Sequence record: PV764602.1
Strand: one strand, 5' to 3'
Length of the DNA: 64,000 bases
Below the pieces are notes generated by a model. The model saw only the letters and a list, made by a program, of their open reading frames with translations, did not search any database and was not told the DNA's origin. Below, piece by piece: positions 35,343-45,193 of the stretch. Position numbers and translations under genes: made by a program. How positions within the stretch are numbered: position 1 is the stretch's first letter; every line of letters starts with the position of its first letter.

Positions 35343-37820
35343 ATGAGCGTCCTGTTTTCTAACAACGCATTGACGGTGTTGGCAGCAGCGGTCGGTCAGA
35401 ACGAGGTTACCTCGACTATCACTGTAGCAACTGGTGCGGGGCAGCGTTTCGCTGCCCCCACCAACGGTGACTATCAGGTCATTACGCTCTCCGATCCCCT
35501 GTATACCCGATTTGAAATCTGCCATCTAACTGCGCGCACGGGCGATACCCTCACTGTGTTGCGAGGGCAGGAAGGTACTACCAAGCAAGCGTGGGACGTT
35601 GGCGACCGCATTTATGCGTCCTTCACTGCTTCCACGGTCGGTCTCTTCCTGCGCGCTGACACTCCTGCGTCAATTAGCGGGCTGTGGGACTTCAGTACGC
35701 CGCCGCTAATCAATGGTAACAACATTTGGCATTCCGGCAACGTCACGCCTGCTGATCGTACCAAGGCGCAGACTATCTCCGGGCTCTGGACGTTCACGAC
35801 GCTGCCCAAGTTCAACGCATTTAATTTCGTGACGACTCAGGGCGCAACTATGGTTGGGCCCTTTTTGCTTTATGGGTCCCCGACTCAGGACAATGAGGCT
35901 GCCACCAAGCTGTATGTGGACAACCTCGCCGCCGGTCTGCACGATAAGGAAGCAGTGGTCGCAGCCAGTACCGATGCCGGTGGTAATGTCAATATCACCA
36001 GCGCCCCGAGTACGCTGGACGGTGTGACTCTTGTGGCAGGAAATCGCATTCTGCTCAAGAATCAGACGAACAAGACCCAGAATTTGATCTACGTGTTCAA
36101 CGCAGTTGGCCAGCCCCTTACCGCTGCTTCGGACAGTGATGAGACGGGTGATCTAAAGGCAGGTAGTACCGTATTCGTCACAGGCGGTACCGTCAACAAG
36201 AACTCACGTTGGACCGTCATCACCACTGACCCGATCACCATTGGCACCACTCCCATCGAGTGGACTCAGACGTCGGGTGCTGGTCAGATTCGTTCTGGCC
36301 CCGGCATCAAGATCATTGGTGACCAAATCAGCGCAGACGTTCCCGCTGCTGGCGGCCTGACGGTATCAGTTGCAGATGGCATTGGCTTGTCTGTGATGCA
36401 AGACCTAGTGGTCAACACCGGAGCTGCTGCCGCTGGAACCACGGGTGCCTCCTTGCGCTACAACAGCATCACGGTGGACAAGTTTGGTCGGGTAGTTAAC
36501 GCTACCAACCTACCTTATGCTCTGACCACTGGCGCAGTGTTTACGGGAGCCCTCACTCGCACTTCGACTCCTTCTTCCGGCAACGACATTACCACCGTAG
36601 ACTTTGTGCAGAATGCCATTGTCTCTATCAGCACCATGCGTCAGCCGGTTGCTGCGGTGGCTACGTCCAACGTTTCCCTAAGTGGCCTAGGCTTTATTGA
36701 CGGGTATCAGGTCAAACTCGGCGAGCGTGTTCTCGTTGCAGGACAGACTACGCAGACTGCCAACGGTGTTTATGTCACCACGGCTAACGCGTGGGTGCGT
36801 GCTTCGGACTTTAACAGCACTTCGTCCCTCGCCGCTGGCGTCATGTTCCCGGTTCAGAACGGTACCACGTTCAAGAATCAGATATTCATGCTGTCCACTC
36901 AGGGCACCATCAGTATCGGTACTACCCCTATCACCTTCCAGCGTGTGACGGGTACGGGGCTGATTAACAAGGCGTCAGGTGGCGGCATTGATATTGTCAA
37001 TGACTCCATCGGTCTCGAAACGCAATCGGGACTGACCGCAGGCACCTACAACACTGCTCGCGTCACTGTGAACAGTAAGGGCATTATCACTGGCATCGAG
37101 GCAGGCTCCTCGGGCGTGACCTCGTTTAATGGCCGTAGTGGCGTTGTGATGCCCGCTACGAACGATTACACCTTCGCTATGTTGGGTGGCAAGCCCACCA
37201 CCCTCGCAGGCTACGGCATTACCGACCCGGTCATGCTCCGCACTGGCGGCACGATCACTGGTGTTGTGTCCATTGACTACGGCAATCCAGCTGCAACGGA
37301 CGGTCCGTACCCACTGCTGTTCATGCGTCTTACCGAAGGTGAGCGCAATACCAACAAGGTTGGTATGAACATCATCAAGGAGGATCGCAATTCTTGGGCC
37401 ATCGCTGCTGTAGCTGGTTCGGATGTAGTCAACATCACTAACGGCAGCAAGTTGAATCTGCGGTTCCAAACCGCAATGGTTAACGACGCTGAGATTCTCA
37501 CTGACGCCAACTTTGATGCGTGGACTGCCGTTGCGTTCTCTACGGGTAACACCACTCGTAACGCGGTCGCGCGTGGGTGCTACATGGTAGACACTACCTC
37601 CCTTGCTGGTACGCTGGTACTGCCCTCCAATCCTGCTCCGGGCACAGCTGTTCGTGTTCTCGATGCTGGTGGTACGTTCGGTACCAAGAACCTGACTATC
37701 TCGCGCAACAACGCTAGGATCGTAGGCGCGCTGGAAGACTTGGTTTTGGACAAGAATAACGGTGGCGTCACGCTGGTTTACTACAACGCTGCACGTGGTT
37801 GGGTCCCGTTCTTTAGTTGA
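35343..37820 (+). CDS. proximal long tail fibre
   Basis: FSNNALTVL...GTT..AW N-terminus; two ATKLYVD / V..G.RILLKNQT....N..Y repeats; gp34-like C-terminal DTT...LP..P..G..V...D..G.F module. Confidence 0.85.
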   Translation: MSVLFSNNALTVLAAAVGQNEVTSTITVATGAGQRFAAPTNGDYQVITLSDPLYTRFEICHLTARTGDTLTVLRGQEGTTKQAWDVGDRIYASFTASTVGLFLRADTPASISGLWDFSTPPLINGNNIWHSGNVTPADRTKAQTISGLWTFTTLPKFNAFNFVTTQGATMVGPFLLYGSPTQDNEAATKLYVDNLAAGLHDKEAVVAASTDAGGNVNITSAPSTLDGVTLVAGNRILLKNQTNKTQNLIYVFNAVGQPLTAASDSDETGDLKAGSTVFVTGGTVNKNSRWTVITTDPITIGTTPIEWTQTSGAGQIRSGPGIKIIGDQISADVPAAGGLTVSVADGIGLSVMQDLVVNTGAAAAGTTGASLRYNSITVDKFGRVVNATNLPYALTTGAVFTGALTRTSTPSSGNDITTVDFVQNAIVSISTMRQPVAAVATSNVSLSGLGFIDGYQVKLGERVLVAGQTTQTANGVYVTTANAWVRASDFNSTSSLAAGVMFPVQNGTTFKNQIFMLSTQGTISIGTTPITFQRVTGTGLINKASGGGIDIVNDSIGLETQSGLTAGTYNTARVTVNSKGIITGIEAGSSGVTSFNGRSGVVMPATNDYTFAMLGGKPTTLAGYGITDPVMLRTGGTITGVVSIDYGNPAATDGPYPLLFMRLTEGERNTNKVGMNIIKEDRNSWAIAAVAGSDVVNITNGSKLNLRFQTAMVNDAEILTDANFDAWTAVAFSTGNTTRNAVARGCYMVDTTSLAGTLVLPSNPAPGTAVRVLDAGGTFGTKNLTISRNNARIVGALEDLVLDKNNGGVTLVYYNAARGWVPFFS

Positions 37821-37825
37821 TTCAC

Positions 37826-37857
37826 AGGCAGGTCCACCACGGGCCTGCCTTTCCTTT
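37826..37857 (+). terminator. terminator-like hairpin
   Basis: AGGCAGGTCC-ACCAC-GGGCCTGCCT followed by TTCCTTT. Confidence 0.55.
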
Positions 37858-37870
37858 GGTGGACTATCCA

Positions 37871-39808
37871 ATGACGATTCTTCAAACGCTGTACCCAATC
37901 CCGGATAACGTCCCACGAACTGATGCTTCGTTCAACACCTTCACTGGGGTCAACCGATTCACTAGGGTGGTGGCAGGTAATTCAACCCCGAACGAAGCAT
38001 ACGATCTATGTGCTGGGACTACAAAGATCGGAAGCACCCTAACCGTTATTGGCGATACTACGCTCAACATTGCCAAAGCTGCGTTACTGACAATTACGGG
38101 TAGTAACGCCATGATCTTCCAAGGCTTTGGAAGCTCTCAGGGCCGTATCACCCTGTTCGGTTGGCTAGGTGTCGATTCCGGCGATACTCTGGCCATCATC
38201 GACCGCGTAGGTATGTCCAACTATCGCTGGGCGCTCAGTGCAAGTCAGATGACGCTCAACGATAATGCTGTGTGGCATGCAGGCAACTTCAATCCCGATC
38301 TGTACCTCAAGGTCGCTGACGCGTCTTCTACTTACGTCAAGCTTGCCAACAGTAACAACAACATCACGGGCACGGTGTGGGGACTTCGCTCGGTCACTGC
38401 ATCGGGCTCCGACACCTTGTCCATACAGATTCAGTCGGGCGGTGCCTATCAGTACGGACGTGGCGCTGTATTGGAATTGAATGGCAAGAACGCAACTGGC
38501 AGCAACGCTGGCGGCTTCCGTCTGCTCAGTGACGGTCCCTCGGCGATCAATTCGTACTCCGGCACTCTATCCCTAGCTGCCTCGGGCGGTGGTCAGATTA
38601 CGTTCAACAGCTCCGGCCTGTCTCTGCAAGGGGCCACGAGTGTTGCAGGTGCAACCACATTTGCCTCTACGGTAGCAGTTACTGGCCTCATCACTGCCAC
38701 TGGCCAACTAAAGGTTGGGCCTGCTTCCGGCGAAGCGCGTATCAACTTTGGTCTGGACACGGGCTACATCTACAGTAGTGCCACCTCAATTGGCTACTAT
38801 TGGCCCGGTAGTAGCGCTGTCAACTTGTGGCGTCTTATTAAACCGGGCCAAAGCGAAGGTGTTTACCCTGCCTTGTCTATGATCGTGTCGGGAGGGGGTT
38901 ATTTCGACGGTATTGTTCGGGCTACCTCTAGTCTCATCAGCATCCACCCGGACGCCCTGCGTATGCGGCAATCCGCCCGCACCGTTATTCACCGCTTTGA
39001 CGGCAACGCTTATTACTGGCTTCGTACTGCGGCTGACGACCCCGATGGTGTCTGGGATTCCGCACGTCCTATGACCTATAATGTTGGTGGGGACCAGTTG
39101 ACGTTCAACCCTGCTGGTGGCGTAACCATGCAGACCCAGCTGACACTTTCCTTTAATGCGCCATTCCGACTCACGGGCTTTGGTGCAGCAGGCGCTATAT
39201 ACATTCACGGTACCAATGGTGCAGGCGATGACGTTTGCAGCATCTTACGCAACAATGCCAACTCTAACTACACGCTGACGTGGAACGGTGGTGTCACGAT
39301 CACTGGTGCTCAGACAGTAGCAGGCGAAGCTTACTGCAACAATTGGTTCCGCAGCAATAGCTCCGGCACTGGCTGGTATCATCAGGTACATGGCGGTGGT
39401 TGGTACATGTCGGATAACGATTACGTGCGTTCGTACAATCAGAAGGCAGTGGCTGGCTCTGATTTCGTGATTTGGTCTGATCGCCGTTCCAAGACCGAAG
39501 ACCGTGACTTGAACATTACTGACGTTCTTCCCAAATTCATGGGACTTGCCCCAAAGTGGTATGTCAAGAATGGCACGAAGGCCGAGTACGGCATGTTCGC
39601 ACAGGACGTGCGCGCACTGTTCCCCGATATGGTCAGCCTGACCAACAACGAAGGATATGACGATTACCACTTCCTCTGGATTAACATGCTTCATGCTCCC
39701 CACATTCTTGTGACCCAGGATAACGTGCGCCGCATCGAAGAACTGGAGGGTATCGTGGCCTCGCAGCAGCATCAGATCGCGCAGCTGCAATCTAGGCTTG
39801 AGGTGTAA
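37871..39808 (+). CDS. distal tail fibre A with S74 chaperone
   Basis: Starts MTILQTLYPIPDNVPR; NNWFRS...GWY...GGGWYM.D repeat; WSDRRSK motif followed by a coiled coil. Confidence 0.85.
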   Translation: MTILQTLYPIPDNVPRTDASFNTFTGVNRFTRVVAGNSTPNEAYDLCAGTTKIGSTLTVIGDTTLNIAKAALLTITGSNAMIFQGFGSSQGRITLFGWLGVDSGDTLAIIDRVGMSNYRWALSASQMTLNDNAVWHAGNFNPDLYLKVADASSTYVKLANSNNNITGTVWGLRSVTASGSDTLSIQIQSGGAYQYGRGAVLELNGKNATGSNAGGFRLLSDGPSAINSYSGTLSLAASGGGQITFNSSGLSLQGATSVAGATTFASTVAVTGLITATGQLKVGPASGEARINFGLDTGYIYSSATSIGYYWPGSSAVNLWRLIKPGQSEGVYPALSMIVSGGGYFDGIVRATSSLISIHPDALRMRQSARTVIHRFDGNAYYWLRTAADDPDGVWDSARPMTYNVGGDQLTFNPAGGVTMQTQLTLSFNAPFRLTGFGAAGAIYIHGTNGAGDDVCSILRNNANSNYTLTWNGGVTITGAQTVAGEAYCNNWFRSNSSGTGWYHQVHGGGWYMSDNDYVRSYNQKAVAGSDFVIWSDRRSKTEDRDLNITDVLPKFMGLAPKWYVKNGTKAEYGMFAQDVRALFPDMVSLTNNEGYDDYHFLWINMLHAPHILVTQDNVRRIEELEGIVASQQHQIAQLQSRLEV

Positions 39809-39809
39809 C

Positions 39810-41936
39810 ATGACGATTCTCCAGACTCTGTATCCCATCCCCGATAATGTTCCACGTCTGGACGCAACTGGCGTGCAGACTTTTGCCAACACGGTTCGTT
39901 TCGGTCGAGTGCTAGCAGGAACTAGCGTGGCGGAAGAATCGGGCTTCGGCCTAATCACCACCAACGCCAAGGTCACAGGCTATCTTAACGTAGCCTTAGC
40001 CGCCACACTGACCAGCACGTCTAACGTGTTCGGTGGCTTCTCGGTCGCAGGTAACGCAATCTTTGGTGGCAGCAGCTTGCAGATCGTTGGTGATGGCAAC
40101 ATTTATCTGACCTTCCGCACTACCTCGAACCAAACGGACACTCAGTTAATTACGGACCGGGGTGCTAAGGGTTTCATCATCCGTAATTGGGTGACTCTTG
40201 GTACTGGTTCGTACACCGACTTCTCATTGAATGCGGCAACGGGTGCTCTCAAGTGGGGCGCGCAGGATATTTACCACTCGGGTACCTTTAACTGGAAAAC
40301 CTTCGCGGTCAAAGATGATCGAAACCGCTTCTCCATTCTAGACCTAGCCTCTTACGTTAGTTGGGGTACTCTCCGATTCCTTGACCCTGCTGACCTGTCA
40401 GCCACTGGCCTTCGCTATTACGTAACTACCGATACTACCTCGTGGGCTTTGAACACTGCGAATGATGATGGGAACTGGCGACGCACTCGTTTTCGCGTTC
40501 CCCGAGATAGTGCCTCACCTGTGCAAATCGACGGCGGAGCTGCTTGGTTCGTTGGAAATCTTCCGTCCCCTGCTGATACGACCAAGGCTGCCATCATTGA
40601 AAGCAGCAGCTTCGCTTGGGAATTCCGCGCTGCTCCTGTACCCCAGGAAGTTAACAGTTGGCAGTGGGGCCCCTTCGTACTGCGAGGTTATGACTCCGCG
40701 GGCAATAACGTGCGTTCGTTTGCACGACGGGCGGAGGCGGGTACGGATGCGTCTTCCATCGCTACGGGTCTTCGGAGTCAGCTAGGTGGTGTCAATCGTG
40801 CATGGATTGAGTGGTATCTCAATTCCTTCCGTATCTGTGGTGCTGATGGTACGATTTCGGCTTCTTTTAGCGACTCTGCCATCTGGCTACAGAAGCCGCT
40901 TACTTTCAGTTCTACTGCGCTGTTCAACGGCGTGGCCACCTTCTCCTCCGTCATAAGTTCACGCACCGGCACTCCTAATACTCAAATGATTTTCCACTCG
41001 ATCGGGTGGAATAATGGTGTGCAGCGTTGGGCGCAGGTGATGGAAGCGACGGGTGCTTATGTGTGGTACTGCTACAATGCCACTGGCGGTAATCCTACTT
41101 CTGTGTTGTCGATGACTAACCCCGCCAACGGGCTCGGGGGCAATAACCCCGGCATCGGCGTGGCAGGTTCGATCTATGTAACCCAAGGCATCATTGCGCC
41201 TAACTGGGGCTTCACTACCAACGATGCCAACAAGGCGTCGTTCATCGCTACCGGTAGTTACGGTGGTGGTTTCATGTGTCAAGATAACGCAGGTGCTGGT
41301 ATCTACTACGGAGGTATGTATGCTGCAAGCGGCTGGGTCGGTATTGGCCTAACCGCTGCCAACTCGGTTGGCCTTAACAAGATTCTACGACTTACGCAAG
41401 AACAGTACATGACGGTACAGACTGAAGGTGGCTTCGCCGCCCGAGGTGGCTCCGCTGTCATGGTTGTAGAGGAGCGCAGTAGCACCAACGTGCAGTTCCA
41501 TATGTACGCTACAGGTGGTGCGTGGCGTGTTTGGGATAACGTTACCGGTGCCGACAACCTCACTTGTTATCGGACTACCGGTGACTTGTATATTCGTAGT
41601 TGGGGTTACGCGGCCAACTTTGCTATCAACTCGGATCGTCGAATCAAGACGTGGATTTCTGATTTGGACCCCGAGGAAGAACTGGACAAGGTGGTGACGC
41701 TGGTTCCACGCCTGTACCTCAAGGACAACAAGCTGGAATCTGGCGTGTACGCGCAGGACGTGCAGGAACGGTGGGCCCACATGGTTACCGTGAGCGAGTC
41801 AAATCCCTATGGCATTGACGGACTCCTGACTGTGGCCCACACCATGCTACACGCTCCACTGGTTGCGTCCATCCAAGCCTTGCACGCTCGCATCGAAAAG
41901 CTGCAAGCCCGACTGCAAGAGCTTGAACCCCGATAA
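39810..41936 (+). CDS. distal tail fibre B with S74 chaperone
   Basis: Same N-terminal 16 aa as fibre A; NSDRRIK motif followed by a coiled coil. Confidence 0.85.
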   Translation: MTILQTLYPIPDNVPRLDATGVQTFANTVRFGRVLAGTSVAEESGFGLITTNAKVTGYLNVALAATLTSTSNVFGGFSVAGNAIFGGSSLQIVGDGNIYLTFRTTSNQTDTQLITDRGAKGFIIRNWVTLGTGSYTDFSLNAATGALKWGAQDIYHSGTFNWKTFAVKDDRNRFSILDLASYVSWGTLRFLDPADLSATGLRYYVTTDTTSWALNTANDDGNWRRTRFRVPRDSASPVQIDGGAAWFVGNLPSPADTTKAAIIESSSFAWEFRAAPVPQEVNSWQWGPFVLRGYDSAGNNVRSFARRAEAGTDASSIATGLRSQLGGVNRAWIEWYLNSFRICGADGTISASFSDSAIWLQKPLTFSSTALFNGVATFSSVISSRTGTPNTQMIFHSIGWNNGVQRWAQVMEATGAYVWYCYNATGGNPTSVLSMTNPANGLGGNNPGIGVAGSIYVTQGIIAPNWGFTTNDANKASFIATGSYGGGFMCQDNAGAGIYYGGMYAASGWVGIGLTAANSVGLNKILRLTQEQYMTVQTEGGFAARGGSAVMVVEERSSTNVQFHMYATGGAWRVWDNVTGADNLTCYRTTGDLYIRSWGYAANFAINSDRRIKTWISDLDPEEELDKVVTLVPRLYLKDNKLESGVYAQDVQERWAHMVTVSESNPYGIDGLLTVAHTMLHAPLVASIQALHARIEKLQARLQELEPR

Positions 41937-41956
41937 GGATACGGCCAAGGACGGCC
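41934..41956 (+). promoter_or_regulatory. paired CsrA-like sites TAAGGATA + GGCC-AAGGAC-GGCC
   Basis: The first site overlaps the fibre B stop; the second lies 12 nt downstream in a hairpin. Confidence 0.65.
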
Positions 41957-41989
41957 TCAATTTTAGGGTAGCCCTATAGAGAGTATGAC

Positions 41990-43675
41990 ATGCTACTCAA
42001 CGGTACTCCGTTTAACTTTGTTCCATTCAACCAGCCCGAGTTGGCGCCGTTGGGAGTTTTCATCAACGATACCCAGCCGGTGCAAATGTCGGTGTCAGGC
42101 ATTGGCTACCTGACAACCGCTATTATCCCGATTCAGGATAATCAGGCCATCCGCACCTCGACCACGTTCAAGCTGGTCATCCCGTATCACTTCACCACTG
42201 AATCTCCTGTTGTTGGTATCGGTCTGCTGCAAGGCACTACCATCAACTACGGCTGGAAGATGCCCACTGCTGATCCGGTCCTTGGCGTCGGCCTGTTGCA
42301 GTACCCCAGCAACATCATCGGTCAGCACTTCGAGAGCCAAGGCGAAACGGGCATAGGCATCACGCAAGAAGCGACTGTTCGCATCAACTTCCACGAGGAA
42401 GCTGGATTCAGCGATTACGCCGTTGGTAAGCTGCAAATCTCTACAGTCAAGCTCGGCTACCGTGGCGAGTCTGACTACATGCAGGGCTATGGTATCACGC
42501 AGACTACATACACCTCTGTTGGTACGAACATTATCTCGTTTACGGGTGCTGGTCGCATCGTCACCAGTATCGGGCCTGTGTTCGCCGTGTTCTATAGCGG
42601 TATCCGAATCTCTCCTGATCCAGCATTCGTTAAGCTGACCACTATCGAGGACCAACCCCGTGTTATCCTTGGTACGGTCACGCCGCGTAACCTTACTCCA
42701 CGCATCCACACGTCCACCTCGTTCAGTGCGAGTCCGGTACTGTCTACGGTGCGGCCGCGCCTCAAGCCTTCGCATATCATCACGAAGGCCGAGGCCTCCG
42801 TCAAAATCTACAAGCGCCCTGAGCCTCTAATCATCGCTGCTTCCGCTGGTCAGCATAGCGTGATTACGAAGGCGGGTAATGTGGTGGTGCATCAGGCTAC
42901 GCTCAAGCTTTCTCCCCAGCAAGCCCCTGCCATCGCCACTGCCCCCTCGGGCGGTACGTTCTTCACTACAGCTATCGTCGAGCCTGCACCTGCAACGATG
43001 CACCTCAAGGCCCTGCGTGGTACGGAGTTCCAAGAAGTGGTTGTCGAAGGCGCTGCCTCCATGCAGACCTCGGCTTCCGCTGAAATCAAGTGGGCTCCTT
43101 ACATTGTAGACCAGCAAGTCACCGTCCAGACTAACGCAAACTTCGGTCTGTACGTTGGCTCCATCGTGGTTGATGTAGGTGTGATCCCCCCTGTCTCTAT
43201 GAAGGTTGGGTTGGAAAAGGTGGTGCAGACCACGCTGACTATCGAAGACCACGTAACGTCCGCTACGTCGGCGTCGGGCGATGGCTTGATGGGAAGCATG
43301 GCGTTCTCTTACGAAGCGTCTGCGCAGGTATCGGTTGCTAACGATCCTGTGTTCCTGACTACGGCAGTTCTTAAGCCGGAGCCTGCTTCGATTACTACCA
43401 GTGCAGGTGGCCCCAAGATTCAGATGCCGCCCTTGGTTCTCGACAATGAGTTCCAAGGAAGCGTTCAAACTGACTCCGAAGGCGATGTACTGCTCGGTAC
43501 AATCAATGCAAGTTTCGTCTCTGCCAAGATCAAGACGACGGCCGAAGGTCAATTTAAGAGAGGAACGGCAAGCCCCTATAAGGGCGGTCCTGTTGTAGAT
43601 ACGGATGATCGACACATACTCAACGTTGAACCATTGAACAAACCCGGATTGAGAAGTATTAACATCCAGAACTAG
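41990..43675 (+). CDS. virion structural protein (beta-rich)
   Basis: 561 aa; LLNGTPFNFVPFN N-terminus typical of tail-associated proteins. Confidence 0.6.
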   Translation: MLLNGTPFNFVPFNQPELAPLGVFINDTQPVQMSVSGIGYLTTAIIPIQDNQAIRTSTTFKLVIPYHFTTESPVVGIGLLQGTTINYGWKMPTADPVLGVGLLQYPSNIIGQHFESQGETGIGITQEATVRINFHEEAGFSDYAVGKLQISTVKLGYRGESDYMQGYGITQTTYTSVGTNIISFTGAGRIVTSIGPVFAVFYSGIRISPDPAFVKLTTIEDQPRVILGTVTPRNLTPRIHTSTSFSASPVLSTVRPRLKPSHIITKAEASVKIYKRPEPLIIAASAGQHSVITKAGNVVVHQATLKLSPQQAPAIATAPSGGTFFTTAIVEPAPATMHLKALRGTEFQEVVVEGAASMQTSASAEIKWAPYIVDQQVTVQTNANFGLYVGSIVVDVGVIPPVSMKVGLEKVVQTTLTIEDHVTSATSASGDGLMGSMAFSYEASAQVSVANDPVFLTTAVLKPEPASITTSAGGPKIQMPPLVLDNEFQGSVQTDSEGDVLLGTINASFVSAKIKTTAEGQFKRGTASPYKGGPVVDTDDRHILNVEPLNKPGLRSINIQN

Positions 43676-43687
43676 GACCATTGACTC

Positions 43688-44416
43688 ATGCGCGGCATCT
43701 ACATTTCGACCTTCGCTACACAGAAGACGCAGGACCGTCTTTCCTATCTTCTCGCGCAGGCAGCCTCCGCTGGCATTCCCGCCCTGCTTCCGAACGATAT
43801 TCACGTCACCCTAGCGCACGATAGGGATACCTTGCACACGCCGCCGGAGTTGTCCGCAGAGTCCGATCCTCTGCGCATCTACACTGCACGTGTGTTGATG
43901 GTGGAGCAATGGGAAACCGGAAACGGCAATCCCATTCTCGTCGCTTCACTGTTCTGCCCTGAACTGCACGAACGTTGGGAATACTGGCGATCCCTCGGGT
44001 TGGAGTGGGACTTCCCCACCTTCCGTCCACACTTCAGTCTCACCGACGGAATCAAGGGTATTCCGCGAAAGGATGTTGCCAAATGGTGCCGCATCTTCAA
44101 CGAAGCCCTGCAAGATTTTGAGTTTGAATTCACCCACGAATACGTGCAATACATTCGTGCTGACGCCTTCAAGGACCCGACCGATGACGACGAGGAAGAC
44201 CTTGACGGCGATGAGCATCCTGTAGAGTCGAGCACTTCGCACAAGACGAAAGGCGGTAAGAAGAGCACCATCCCGCTTGAGGGAGTGCCTGTTCACCGGC
44301 CCAAGTTGAGTGACCATGAAGCTCGCAGCATGAAGAAGTTTGGCTTCAACGCACACGGTATCATGGATCGTGTCCATGACCTAAGGAACGATGATGACGA
44401 AACCGAAGAAGAGTAA
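43688..44416 (+). CDS. acb1: 2H phosphoesterase, anti-CBASS Acb1 / T4 gp57B-like
   Basis: GIYI, IHVTL and LG...DF..F.PHFSL motifs align with T4 57B (HST / PHIT). Confidence 0.8.
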   Translation: MRGIYISTFATQKTQDRLSYLLAQAASAGIPALLPNDIHVTLAHDRDTLHTPPELSAESDPLRIYTARVLMVEQWETGNGNPILVASLFCPELHERWEYWRSLGLEWDFPTFRPHFSLTDGIKGIPRKDVAKWCRIFNEALQDFEFEFTHEYVQYIRADAFKDPTDDDEEDLDGDEHPVESSTSHKTKGGKKSTIPLEGVPVHRPKLSDHEARSMKKFGFNAHGIMDRVHDLRNDDDETEEE

Positions 44417-45191
44417 GCTCAAGAAAATTCCTCTTCTGCTGGGAACCGGAGAAGCACAGGTGAGTGCTTCTGCCTTCGACCTCGGGGCGCTTAAGCGCCC
44501 CGAGGTGGTAAAGAAGAAAAAGAAAAAGGAGGTTGCCGAGGAAGAGCCTGTCAAGAAGAAGCGGAAGAAGAAATCGCAGGCCAATTTTGCTCCCGAAGAG
44601 AGTGCGATGGCTGAGGTGCGTGAACGCGCCGAGCAGCTGCCTGCCTTGAAGCACCACGAACCCAACGATCTTGAACTGCAAAAGCTGCGCGATGCTAAAC
44701 GGTCTATGCGCAACCTTGAAGGCACGTTCAAGAAGTATTCACCCGAAGCTGCCATGCTCATTGAACGTGAGCAGATCGGTAGTAGCGCACAGCTGATTCA
44801 GCGAGGCATGCTGATGATGCTGCTAGACAGTATCCCGATTGCAGAAGACGCGTACCACTCGCGGCCTAGCCAGAGTAACGCCATTGCCTTGCAGGCCCTA
44901 ATCAATACGGGTCGAGACGTGCTGGCTGAAATCGAGCAAACCAACGACGGTACGGAACTCCTGTCTGCTCTCATGAACGAAGTGATGCTCCCCAACTTCC
45001 ATGAGATTGCACACCACCTTGTTATGGCCCTGTTCCACCTACGTGAGCAGGTGCAGAACGTAGTGCCGGACAACATGCGGCGCGTGGTTGACGGAAAGTT
45101 CAACGACATTGCACAAGAGATCCGAGTCTACCTCAGTGAGAAATTCGTTGACCTGCGCGAGCGTACTATGGAACGCTTGAAGGAAGGTTAA
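44391..45191 (+). CDS. helical protein, possible terminase small subunit
   Basis: Lys-rich N-terminus and helical/coiled-coil body; sits next to an HNH gene; function is a guess. Confidence 0.4.
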   Translation: MMTKPKKSKLKKIPLLLGTGEAQVSASAFDLGALKRPEVVKKKKKKEVAEEEPVKKKRKKKSQANFAPEESAMAEVRERAEQLPALKHHEPNDLELQKLRDAKRSMRNLEGTFKKYSPEAAMLIEREQIGSSAQLIQRGMLMMLLDSIPIAEDAYHSRPSQSNAIALQALINTGRDVLAEIEQTNDGTELLSALMNEVMLPNFHEIAHHLVMALFHLREQVQNVVPDNMRRVVDGKFNDIAQEIRVYLSEKFVDLRERTMERLKEG

Positions 45192-45193
45192 GC

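Noticed and set aside
37826-37857. Member of the ANGGAY hairpin family
   Set aside because: Loop is ACCAC with no GGA; treated as an ordinary terminator.
37871-41936. DGR or invertase-driven fibre switching
   Set aside because: No reverse transcriptase, no adenine-mismatched TR/VR pair, no invertase or inverted crossover sites seen.
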